From the NCBI GenBank assembly GCA_963730185.1, contig CAVSQW010000007.1:576001-640000 (forward strand): a stretch of DNA of 64,000 bases, written 5' to 3'. Under the pieces are notes generated by a model, which saw nothing but the letters and a program-made list of their open reading frames with translations, was not told where the DNA came from and did no database searches. The stretch's first letter is position 1, and every line of letters begins with the position of its first letter. The DNA is from an uncultured Gemmatimonadales bacterium. Its GTDB lineage: Bacteria > Gemmatimonadota > Gemmatimonadetes > Gemmatimonadales > GWC2-71-9. The position numbers and the translations under genes are program-made. This document shows, in pieces, positions 11,703-20,601 of this stretch.

Positions 11703-11809
11703 GCCCTCGCCGACCGAGCTCGGCGCGGATCGGTTCGTGGTGGAGATCCCGACCACGGCCGCGGTCCAGCATCCGCACATCCTGCCGCTGTTCGATGCTC
11801 TACTACGTC
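11703..11809 (+). pseudogene. Kinase N-lobe relic with internal deletions
   Basis: Segments ALADR | ELGADRFVVEIPTTAAVQHPHILPLFD | LYYV match the array kinases. Confidence 0.8.
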
Positions 11810-12777
11810 CCCTTCCGAATCGTCGCGGTGAGGGCCGGCACCAGCTCCAGGACGTCTCCCACGACGCCGACCGTGGCCACCTGAAAGATCGGGGCCCTGG
11901 GGTTCTTGTTGATGGCGACGATGAACGGGTTGCCTTTGAGGCCGCCGAGGTGCTGGAAGGCTCCGCTGATGCCGAGGGCGAGATAGACCTTCGGCTTGAC
12001 CGTCTTGCCGGAGGTCCCGACCTGGCGGCTCTTGTCCAGCCACTTGGCGTCCACCACCGGCCGCGAGCACGACACCACGGCGCCCATCGCCTGGGCCAGC
12101 TCTTCGGCGAGAGCGAGGTTCTCCTGGTCGCCGAACCCGCGACCGACCGAGACCAACACCTCCTCCTTGACGATGTCGACGTCGCCGGTCTCCGCGGCGA
12201 CCAGCTCCACGAACCGGCGGCGGGTGGGCGGCTCGCCGGCCTCCGCCGACTTGTCGATCACGGTGCCCGGCGTGCCCGCCGGAGCGCCGGCCGCGAAGCT
12301 CCCGGGCCGGACGGTCAGCACCGCGCCCCCACTGAGGTCGACGGACCAGTGCGAGCTCACCTGGCCGCTCAGCTCCTGGCGCGTGACGGTGAGCGTGGTG
12401 CCGTCGACGCCATCGATGCCGACGACGTCCGGGAGGTACGGCAGGTCGAGCTTGACCGACAGACCGGGTCCGAGGTCCATGCCGAACGTGGTATGCGGCA
12501 GCAACACGGCACATCCCTTCGGGAGCACCTGGACCAGGAGGGCCCGAAGCGCCTCCGCGTTGGGATGCGCCAGCGACTGGTGCCCGAGCTTCCAGACTTC
12601 CGAGTACGCCGCGGCCGCCGCCCCGCAGGCGGTGTCGAGCGGGGCCCCCACGCCGGCCAGGATGGCGATCGGGGCCGCGCCGGGAAAAACCTGCGCGGCC
12701 ACGGTGAGCAATTCCAGGGCGGTGTCGTCCGGCTTCCCGTCCTGATGGAGGACGACGGCGAAGACCTGGTCAGCCAT
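11803..12777 (-). CDS. etfA: Electron transfer flavoprotein alpha subunit
   Basis: SRPVVD, QVGTSGKTVKP, LGISGAFQHLGG, VAINKNPRAPIF. Confidence 0.93.
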   Translation of the reverse strand: MADQVFAVVLHQDGKPDDTALELLTVAAQVFPGAAPIAILAGVGAPLDTACGAAAAAYSEVWKLGHQSLAHPNAEALRALLVQVLPKGCAVLLPHTTFGMDLGPGLSVKLDLPYLPDVVGIDGVDGTTLTVTRQELSGQVSSHWSVDLSGGAVLTVRPGSFAAGAPAGTPGTVIDKSAEAGEPPTRRRFVELVAAETGDVDIVKEEVLVSVGRGFGDQENLALAEELAQAMGAVVSCSRPVVDAKWLDKSRQVGTSGKTVKPKVYLALGISGAFQHLGGLKGNPFIVAINKNPRAPIFQVATVGVVGDVLELVPALTATIRKGT

Positions 12778-13568
12778 CAGCGGATCCCTCCCTTGGCTCT
12801 GAGCAGCTCGACCAGTCGCTCCGCGACCTCGCCGGTCTTGCCTTCGATCATCTCGGCGCCCGCGCCCGCGGGCGGCACGAAGTAGTCGCGTCGCGCCACC
12901 CGGGCGCCGGCGCTGCCCACCGTGCTCGGGTCGATCCCGAGGCCTTCCGCGCTCAGGACCGGAATCTCGACCGACGCCACTTTGCGAATCCCCCGAAGCC
13001 CCACGTAGCGCGGCTCGTTGATCCCGGTTTGAATCGAGAGCACGCAGGGAAGGTCGATCTCGCTGATTTCCTGACTGCCGCCTTCGACCTCTCGGCCGAC
13101 GCGCAGCACCGGGTCGGAGGTCATCTCGATCCGGTTGACCACCGAGGCATAGGGCCAGTCGAGCAGCGCCGCGAGCATCCCGCCAACCTGGGCGGCGCCA
13201 TCGTCGGCCTGGGCGCCGCACAGGACCAGGTCGTACCGACCCCTGGCCACGGCGGCCTGGAGGATCCGGGCGACCCCCAGCCCGTCGGAGCCCTGGAACG
13301 CCGAGTCGTTCAACATCAGTCCGGCGTTGGCGCCCATGGCCATCTCCCGCCGCACCACTTCGTCGCTGTTCTCGTCGCCCAGGGTCACCACGGTCACCGA
13401 GCCGCCGACCCGCTCGACGATCTGGATCGCCTCCTCGACGGCGTAGTTGTCCCATTCATTCACCGAGTACACCAGATCGTCGCGCTCGATGTCGGACCCG
13501 TCGCTCCGAATCGTGATCTCGTTTTCGGCCAGGTCGGGGACCCGCTTGACGCACACCAGAATCTCCAT
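12777..13568 (-). CDS. etfB: Electron transfer flavoprotein beta subunit
   Basis: MEILVCVKRVPD, NEWDNYAVEEA, AMGA, INEPRY. Confidence 0.93.
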   Translation of the reverse strand: MEILVCVKRVPDLAENEITIRSDGSDIERDDLVYSVNEWDNYAVEEAIQIVERVGGSVTVVTLGDENSDEVVRREMAMGANAGLMLNDSAFQGSDGLGVARILQAAVARGRYDLVLCGAQADDGAAQVGGMLAALLDWPYASVVNRIEMTSDPVLRVGREVEGGSQEISEIDLPCVLSIQTGINEPRYVGLRGIRKVASVEIPVLSAEGLGIDPSTVGSAGARVARRDYFVPPAGAGAEMIEGKTGEVAERLVELLRAKGGIR

Positions 13569-15661
13569 CAGCTCGCTTCCTCTCCAGTCGTCGGTCTGGC
13601 GCTGGCCGGCCGATCGAGGTGCCGGTCGACCAGTTCCGAAAGGTCGATCGCCGTCATCTTGCCCTCGAGGCCGGCCACCTTGATCGCGTCCTCGATGTTG
13701 ACCAGGCAGAAGGGGCAGGCGGTGACGATCGTGTCGGCCCCCGCCTCCTCCGCCATCCTGACCCGCACCACGCCCATGCGGGTCTCCTCGTCCGGCTCGT
13801 AGAACAGCATCAGCCCGCCGCCGCCGCAGCAGAACGAGCGGTCGCGGCAATTGCCGGTCATCTCGACCCGCTCGAGACCGGGGATCGCGTCGATCACCTG
13901 CCGGGGCGGGTCGTAGAGGCCGTTGTGCCGGCCGAGGTAGCAGGGATCGTGAAAGGCATAGGTCGAGCCGCCCGTCGCGGGCGTCAGCCGCAGCCGCCCT
14001 GCGTCGAGCGCGTCGGCGACGACCTCGCTCACGTGCTGCACGGGGGGCAAGGCGTCGTAGTCGTGGATGAGGGCGTTGTAGGCGTGGGGATCGTGGGTGA
14101 CGATTCGCTTTGGTCCGGCGGCCCGGATGGCCTCCGTGTTCTGCTCCCGGAGCGACTGGAACAGCATCTCCTCACCGAAGCGACGGACCTCGTGACCGCT
14201 GTCTCGCTCGTCTTTCCCCAGCACGCCGAAGTCGACGCCGGCAGCCGTCAACACTCGAGCGGTCGCCTGGGCCACCTTCTGCATCCGATCGTCGTACGAC
14301 GTGACGCTGTCGACGAAGTAGAGGGTCTCGGCCGACTCGCCCTCGTCGAAGAGCTTCACCCGACCGCCGTCCCCGACGCCGGCCACCCAGTCGGCCCGTT
14401 TCTTCTCCAGCTTGCCCCACGGGTTGCCCCGCTTCTCCAGCGCGGAGAGCGGCTTTTGGAGCGACTGGGGCACCTGACCCTCCTCCACCATGCCGCGACG
14501 GAGGTCGACGATCTTGTTGATGTACTCGATCGCCACCGGGCATTCCTGTTCGCAGGCGCCGCAGGTCGTGCAGGACCAGATCTCGGCTTCGGTGTAGATC
14601 CCGCCGATCAGCGCCGGCGACTCCGCCGACCCGGCGCCCCACGCCGGGTGGAGCCGATACCCCAGGTCGCGGGCCTTGATCGAGATGAACCGGGGCGAGA
14701 GGGGCCGCTTCACCCGGGTGGCCGGGCAGTGATCGGAACAGCGGCCGCAGTCCACGCACGAATAGAAGTCCAGCATGTCCTTCCAGGTAAAGTCGTCGTA
14801 CCGCTTGACGCCGAACGACGGCACGGAGTCCAGCTGGTCGGCCGGGATGCCGTAGCGAACCGGCTTCACGTTGCCGTGATCCAGGCGCATGAAGAACACG
14901 TTGAACAGCGAAGTGATCACGTGGAAGTGCTTGCCCAGGGGGAGCAGGCACAGGAAACCGAAGAAGGTGAGATCGTGAACCGCATAGGCGCCGAGGTGCA
15001 GGCGCTGCCAGGTCTCGGGCCCGGACCCCGCCAGAAGCTTGGCGAACGCCCAGCCCAACGTGCCCGCCGGCAGTCCCCGGCCGGCCTCACCCGCGAGAAC
15101 GGAGGTCGCTTCGAACAGCCCGTCGCTGAGGACCAGCGTGGCGATCAGGCCGAGCACCAGGATGGCCTCGGGCGTGTGGCCCGTGCCGTAGCGTTCCGGC
15201 ACGGCGTACCGGGCCGGCTGGAACGCCAGGCGCCGGAGGGCCAGGACCACCACCGCCAGGAGGACCGCGGTGGCGGCGTAGTCCTTGGTCACGCTGTAGA
15301 CGGCACCGAGCCCGCCACCGAGACCGGGCAGGGTGAATCCGTCGACGAAGCCCAAGATCATGAGCTGGGTCGAGCGCGCGGCCAGGACCAGGAAGCCGAA
15401 GAACACGACCATGTGGAGGAGCCCCGCCAGCGGATAGCGGGGATGCCGCCACTGCCCGAGCCAGAGCTCGAGCACGTTGAGGAGCCGGGCGGGAATCCGA
15501 TTCCATCGGTAATCCGGCGCGGCGCTCCGAAGCGGGGCGATCCGTCGCCAGATGATCCACCCGAACGTGCCGATCCCGATCAGGGGGATCGTCAGGAAGA
15601 TGACGCGGCCGGGGACCCCCCAGAATGACGCGGAGGCCGGAGACACCAAGGCGGCCTCCAT
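13568..15661 (-). CDS. Membrane-bound FeS oxidoreductase with CCG domain (FadF / ETF:quinone oxidoreductase-like)
   Basis: N-terminal TM domain with His residues; two 4Fe-4S motifs (CVDCGRCSDHCP, CTTCGACEQECP); HDPCYLGRHN, CCGGGG, VTACPFC. Confidence 0.88.
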   Translation of the reverse strand: MEAALVSPASASFWGVPGRVIFLTIPLIGIGTFGWIIWRRIAPLRSAAPDYRWNRIPARLLNVLELWLGQWRHPRYPLAGLLHMVVFFGFLVLAARSTQLMILGFVDGFTLPGLGGGLGAVYSVTKDYAATAVLLAVVVLALRRLAFQPARYAVPERYGTGHTPEAILVLGLIATLVLSDGLFEATSVLAGEAGRGLPAGTLGWAFAKLLAGSGPETWQRLHLGAYAVHDLTFFGFLCLLPLGKHFHVITSLFNVFFMRLDHGNVKPVRYGIPADQLDSVPSFGVKRYDDFTWKDMLDFYSCVDCGRCSDHCPATRVKRPLSPRFISIKARDLGYRLHPAWGAGSAESPALIGGIYTEAEIWSCTTCGACEQECPVAIEYINKIVDLRRGMVEEGQVPQSLQKPLSALEKRGNPWGKLEKKRADWVAGVGDGGRVKLFDEGESAETLYFVDSVTSYDDRMQKVAQATARVLTAAGVDFGVLGKDERDSGHEVRRFGEEMLFQSLREQNTEAIRAAGPKRIVTHDPHAYNALIHDYDALPPVQHVSEVVADALDAGRLRLTPATGGSTYAFHDPCYLGRHNGLYDPPRQVIDAIPGLERVEMTGNCRDRSFCCGGGGLMLFYEPDEETRMGVVRVRMAEEAGADTIVTACPFCLVNIEDAIKVAGLEGKMTAIDLSELVDRHLDRPASARPTTGEEAS

Positions 15662-15662
15662 G

Positions 15663-17480
15663 CTACTTCCCGCCGAAGGCGTCCTCGGGAATGTCGACCG
15701 CGGCGCTGCTGCCGGCCAGGATCGCCTTCATCTTCCCAAAGGTGACCGGCAGAATCGTGTCGGCGAAGAACTCGAGGCTCTTGATCTGGCCCTCGTAGAA
15801 GGGAACGTCCTTGTCCTTCGCCCCGGCCGCCAGCTTCTCCGCGGCCACCCGAGCCCGCCAGAGGAGCATCCAAGCGGTCACCACGTCTCCACACACCTCG
15901 AGGAAGGGGTGTGCAAAGGCGAACGCGGTCATCACCTGGTCCGACATCGCGGTGGCGCCCATGTGCAGGGCGACTTCGCCCAGCTTCTGAGCCATCCTCT
16001 CGACCGTCGCGGCCTGGGCGGAGACGCGGGCGACCGCCTTCGCGGCGTTCACCTCGGACTGGATCTCGGCGAAGAGGTCCCGGATCGGGCGGCCGCCGTC
16101 CTGGCCCAGCTTCCGGCCGAGGAGATCCATCGCCTGGATTCCGTTGGTCCCCTCGTAGATCGGCGTGATCCGGACGTCGCGGTAGAGTTGCTCCATCGGG
16201 TATTCGCGGATGTACCCGTAGCCTCCATAGACCTGCACGCCGAGGCTGCACACCTCGCAGGCCCGGTCGGTGGCGTAGGCTTTGGCGATCGGGATCAGGA
16301 AGTCGATCATCCCCTGATAGCGGGACTTGGCGCCTTCGTCTGACTCGATCGCGAGACGGTCCATCAGATAGCCGACGTAGAAGAGCAGGCTCCGCATCCC
16401 TTCGACGTGGACCTTCATCAACATCAGCATCCGGCGGACGTCGGGGTGCTGGATGATCGGCACCGGCGGGGCGCTCTTGTCGCGGCTCTTGAGCAGGTGG
16501 CGGCCCTGGACCCGTTCCCGGGCGTAGTTCACGGCGTACAGGTAGGCCGGGCTGGCGCAGGCCAGGCCCTGGAAGCCGACATCGAGGCGGGCCTCGTTCA
16601 TCATCACGAACATCTCGCTCATGCCCTTGTTGGCTTCGCCCAAGAGCACGCCTCGGCACTTGCCCTTGCTCCCGAGAGCGATCGCGCAGGTAGCGCTCCC
16701 GTGGATCCCCATCTTTTCTTCGATGCCGGTGCAGACGACGTCGTTCGGCTCACCCAGGCTGCCGTCGTCGTTGACCCAGATCTTGGGCACCAGGAAGAGG
16801 GAGATCCCCGCGGTGCCCGGCGGCGCACCCTCGATCCGTGCCAGCACCGGGTGGACGATGTTCTCGGCCAGGTCGTGCTCGCCGGAGGTGATGAAGATCT
16901 TGTTGCCGGTGATCGAATAGGTGCCGTCGCCGTTGGGGCTTGCGGCGGTGGTGACTGCCCCGACGTCGGACCCGGCCTGCGGCTCCGTCAGCTGCATGGT
17001 CCCGGTCCAGCGGCCGGTGAACAGGTTCCGGACGAAGAGCTTGCGCTGCTGCTCCGTGCCGAAGGTCTCGATCAGCCGGGCGGCGCCGTGACTCAGGCCC
17101 GAGTACATCACGAAGGCGAAATTGGCGCCAAGGAGATAGTTGCCGGCCGCCATGGCGATCACGTGGGGCATGCCCTGCCCGCCCCAATCGGGGTCGTCCG
17201 TCATGGCCAGCCAGCCGCCCTCCGTGTAGGCCTCCCACGCCTTGTGGAAGGACTCGGGCACGGTCACGCGGCCGCCGTCGAACCGGGCGCCCACCCGGTC
17301 GCCCTCTTGGCGGGTGGGTAGGATCTCCTTGATCGCGAGCGTCCGGGCTTCGGACACGATCAGGTCCACCGCCTTGCGATTGAACTCGGCGAAGCGCTCT
17401 GCCTTGGTGAGCGGCGCCAGATCGAGCAGCTCGTGGAGGACGAAGTCGATATCCCTGCGATCGGCAATCAGCTGTGCCAT
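15663..17480 (-). CDS. Acyl-CoA dehydrogenase (long, about 600-aa type)
   Basis: TMQLTEPQAGSDVG, GNKIFIT, EEKMGIHGSATC, QVYGGYGYIREYP, IYEGTNGIQAMDL. Confidence 0.93.
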   Translation of the reverse strand: MAQLIADRRDIDFVLHELLDLAPLTKAERFAEFNRKAVDLIVSEARTLAIKEILPTRQEGDRVGARFDGGRVTVPESFHKAWEAYTEGGWLAMTDDPDWGGQGMPHVIAMAAGNYLLGANFAFVMYSGLSHGAARLIETFGTEQQRKLFVRNLFTGRWTGTMQLTEPQAGSDVGAVTTAASPNGDGTYSITGNKIFITSGEHDLAENIVHPVLARIEGAPPGTAGISLFLVPKIWVNDDGSLGEPNDVVCTGIEEKMGIHGSATCAIALGSKGKCRGVLLGEANKGMSEMFVMMNEARLDVGFQGLACASPAYLYAVNYARERVQGRHLLKSRDKSAPPVPIIQHPDVRRMLMLMKVHVEGMRSLLFYVGYLMDRLAIESDEGAKSRYQGMIDFLIPIAKAYATDRACEVCSLGVQVYGGYGYIREYPMEQLYRDVRITPIYEGTNGIQAMDLLGRKLGQDGGRPIRDLFAEIQSEVNAAKAVARVSAQAATVERMAQKLGEVALHMGATAMSDQVMTAFAFAHPFLEVCGDVVTAWMLLWRARVAAEKLAAGAKDKDVPFYEGQIKSLEFFADTILPVTFGKMKAILAGSSAAVDIPEDAFGGK

Positions 17481-17924
17481 GGCGAATCCGCAACGGTTTG
17501 GGTGGCTGGAGCGCCTGGGAGCAACCTTTCCCAGGAAACGTGAAGCTGGCATGAACCGGGAGTGAGGCTGGCACCGCTCGGGCTTCCAAACGCCGTCGTC
17601 CCCGATCAGTACAGGAGGGCCAGGCTCGACCCGTCAGCCGACCGGGGCATCGAAGTACAGCCGCTGGAACTGGCCCGAGTCCGTCGTCGGGGAGAGCGAC
17701 GGGACGATCCGGGGCGCCCGCCGTCCCCTCCCGGAGCTTGCATCGAGGGCTATCTTTAGACGACCTCCAGGCACCCTTCCGCCGTCAGCGCGCGCTGACA
17801 GCCCGGCAACGGTCCCGATCGCTGGAACCGCCCGGCATTCTTGGTCTCATTCAGAACGGCGACGTCTTATTCCTCCAGACACCATTCCGCGCGACCGCTT
17901 TCGGGTCTCCGACCGGCCCGCGGC

Positions 17925-20591
17925 ATGACCGTCACCGAGCGTCTCTCGCGAGCTCTCGAAGCTCGCTACCGGATCGAGCGCGAGCTGGGCCAGGGCGGGA
18001 TGGCCACCGTCTATCTGGCCCACGATCTCAAGCACGACCGCGACGTCGCCATCAAGGTGCTCCATCCCGATCTCGGGGCGGCCCTCGGAAGCGAGCGGTT
18101 CCTCTCGGAGATCCGGACCACCGCGCGGCTCCAGCACCCCCACATCCTGCCGCTCCTCGACAGTGGCGAGGCCGACGGCCTGCTCTATTACGTGATGCCG
18201 CTGGTGACGGGCGAGACCCTCCGGGCCCGGCTGGACCGCGAGCAGCAGCTGCCGATCGAGGACGCTCTCCAGATCGCGCGCGAGGTCGCCGACGCCCTGG
18301 GTTACGCCCACGGCCTCGGCGTGATCCACCGCGACATCAAGCCCGGGAACATCCTCCTCCAGGACGGCCATGCCTCGGTGGCCGACTTCGGGATTGCCCT
18401 CGCGGTCCAGACCGCCGGCGGCCAGCGGATGACCCAGACGGGCCTGAGCCTCGGCACCCCGCAGTACATGTCGCCCGAGCAAGCGATGGGAGAGCGCGCC
18501 ATCGACGGCCGGAGCGACATCTACGCACTCGGGGCCGTGACTTACGAGATGCTGGCGGGGGAGCCGCCCTTCACCGGGCCCACGGTCCAGGCGATCGTGG
18601 CGCGCCTCTTGTCGGAGGAGCCGAGGAGCCTCGGCGCTCAGCGGAAGTCGGTGCCCGGGCAGGTCGAGCACGCGGTCCGGCGGGCCCTCGAGAAGCTGCC
18701 GGCCGATCGCTGGACCACGGCCCCCGAGTTTGCCGCCGCGCTGGTATCGCCGGGGGCGGCGACCCCGGCGGGAGGCGTCCGCTACCCGGGGGCCCACCCG
18801 AGGAGCTGGCGGGACCGGCTTCGCGATCCCGTCGTCCTGGCGCTGGGAGCCCTGACGGTCGCCAGCATCCTGTTCGCCGGTTGGGCCCGAGCCGGGCGCT
18901 CGGCCGAGCCGGCCGCGCCCGTGGTTCGGTTCTCGATTCCCGCCGCCAAGAGCTCCTCCTTCGGGGCGCTCGGCCTCAACACCCTGGGGATCTCGGCGGA
19001 CGGGAAGCAGCTGGTGTACGTCGGCCAAGGCGCGAACGGGCGCCAGCAACTGATGCTCAGGCCGATCGACGCCGTCGATGCCCGGCCGGTCGAGGGTTCC
19101 GGAGACGGGAACTCGCCGGTCATCTCCCCCGACGGCAAGTGGATCGCCTACACCAACGGACCGGGGCTCTTCAGGGTGCCGGTCACCGGCGGCCGCCCGC
19201 AGGCGCTGAAGCAGGTCACCGGCACCTTCAATGGGATGAGCTGGTCGTCCACCGCGGGTCTCGTGGTCTCGGGTAACACGGCGCTCTACCTCGTTCCGGA
19301 GACCGGCGGCGAGCCTCGGGTGCTGACCCGGGCCGACAGCTCGCGCGACGAGCTGTTTCAGGACGCGCCAGCGGTCGTGGATGCGGCCGGAATCGTGCTG
19401 TACTCGAGCTGGGGCCCCGCGGGCATCGCCGGCGCCCGGATCGCCGTCGCCCCGCTCGCCGGCGGAGAGACGACGATTCTCGACCTCCTCGGGACCCACC
19501 CGCTCGGGATCGTCGACGGCAACCTGGTCTACGTCACGGCCGGCGGCGCCCTGATGGCGGTGCCCTTCGACGTCGCGAAGCGCCGGACGACCGGCGAGCC
19601 GGTCCAGCTGGCGAGCGATCTCTCGGTTAACAGCACGTCGGGGCTGGCCCGGGCCGCCCTGTCGGCGACCGGCACGCTCTTCTATCAGAGCGGGAGCCAG
19701 GTGTCCCGTGTCGTCCTCGCCGGCGTCCACGGCGACATCCGGGCCTTGTTGGACGAGCCCGAGGAGTACGGGTTTCCGCGGCTCTCACCCGACGCCGGGC
19801 GACTGGCCGTCACCCGGGGGAACTCGGGCCATCGCGACATCTGGGTCTACGAGCTGAGCTCGGGGATCCCGACCCGGCTCACCACCCAAGGCTCGACCAA
19901 CGAGCGTCCGGAGTGGACGCCGGACGGAAAGCGGGTCCTGTTCCGGAGCGATCGGAATCAGCGAGGGCGCTCGGAAATCTGGTGGCGGCCGGCGGATCTC
20001 AGCGCCCCCGAGTCGCTGTTGCAGGGCGGCGCCCGGCTGGACGTGTACGAGGCGGTCTTCTCGCCCGACGGCCGGTATCTCGTCGTCCAGATCGACACCT
20101 CGGGCGCGGATCTCTACTACCGCGCGCTCACCGGCGACACCGCGCTCAAGGTCATCGCCGCGACCCCGGCCATCGAGTCGATGCCCCGGGTCTCGCCCGA
20201 TGGGCGGTGGATCGCCTTCGTCACCAACGAATCCGGGTCCAACCAGGTCGTGGTGCAGCCGTTTCCGGGGCCCGGCGGCCGCACCCAGGTGTCCGGCAAC
20301 GGGGGGACCGAGCCGGTGTGGTCGCGCGACGGGAAGCGGCTGTTCTATCGGGGCGACGCCAAGCTGATGGCGGCCACGGTGCGCACCGAGCCCGCCTTCG
20401 CGGTCGTCGCGCGCGACACCGTGTTCGCGGACCGCTACCTCTTCGCGAACAATCCCCACGCCAACTACGACGTGATGCCGGACGGCGAGCACTTCGTGAT
20501 GCTCGAGTCGGCCGGCGAGGGGGTGCTGACCGTGGTGGTGAACTTCCGGGAGGCGCTCCGGGCGCGGATGGCGGGGAGCGGGGAACAATGA
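17925..20591 (+). CDS. Receptor-like Ser/Thr kinase K1: kinase-TM-PD40/TolB beta-propeller
   Basis: Intact kinase motifs (HRDIKPGN, DFG, GTPQYMSPE); TM helix; repeated SPDG blades; terminal NYDVMPDG. Confidence 0.92.
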   Translation: MTVTERLSRALEARYRIERELGQGGMATVYLAHDLKHDRDVAIKVLHPDLGAALGSERFLSEIRTTARLQHPHILPLLDSGEADGLLYYVMPLVTGETLRARLDREQQLPIEDALQIAREVADALGYAHGLGVIHRDIKPGNILLQDGHASVADFGIALAVQTAGGQRMTQTGLSLGTPQYMSPEQAMGERAIDGRSDIYALGAVTYEMLAGEPPFTGPTVQAIVARLLSEEPRSLGAQRKSVPGQVEHAVRRALEKLPADRWTTAPEFAAALVSPGAATPAGGVRYPGAHPRSWRDRLRDPVVLALGALTVASILFAGWARAGRSAEPAAPVVRFSIPAAKSSSFGALGLNTLGISADGKQLVYVGQGANGRQQLMLRPIDAVDARPVEGSGDGNSPVISPDGKWIAYTNGPGLFRVPVTGGRPQALKQVTGTFNGMSWSSTAGLVVSGNTALYLVPETGGEPRVLTRADSSRDELFQDAPAVVDAAGIVLYSSWGPAGIAGARIAVAPLAGGETTILDLLGTHPLGIVDGNLVYVTAGGALMAVPFDVAKRRTTGEPVQLASDLSVNSTSGLARAALSATGTLFYQSGSQVSRVVLAGVHGDIRALLDEPEEYGFPRLSPDAGRLAVTRGNSGHRDIWVYELSSGIPTRLTTQGSTNERPEWTPDGKRVLFRSDRNQRGRSEIWWRPADLSAPESLLQGGARLDVYEAVFSPDGRYLVVQIDTSGADLYYRALTGDTALKVIAATPAIESMPRVSPDGRWIAFVTNESGSNQVVVQPFPGPGGRTQVSGNGGTEPVWSRDGKRLFYRGDAKLMAATVRTEPAFAVVARDTVFADRYLFANNPHANYDVMPDGEHFVMLESAGEGVLTVVVNFREALRARMAGSGEQ

Positions 20592-20601
20592 GGTGCGGGC
20601 C

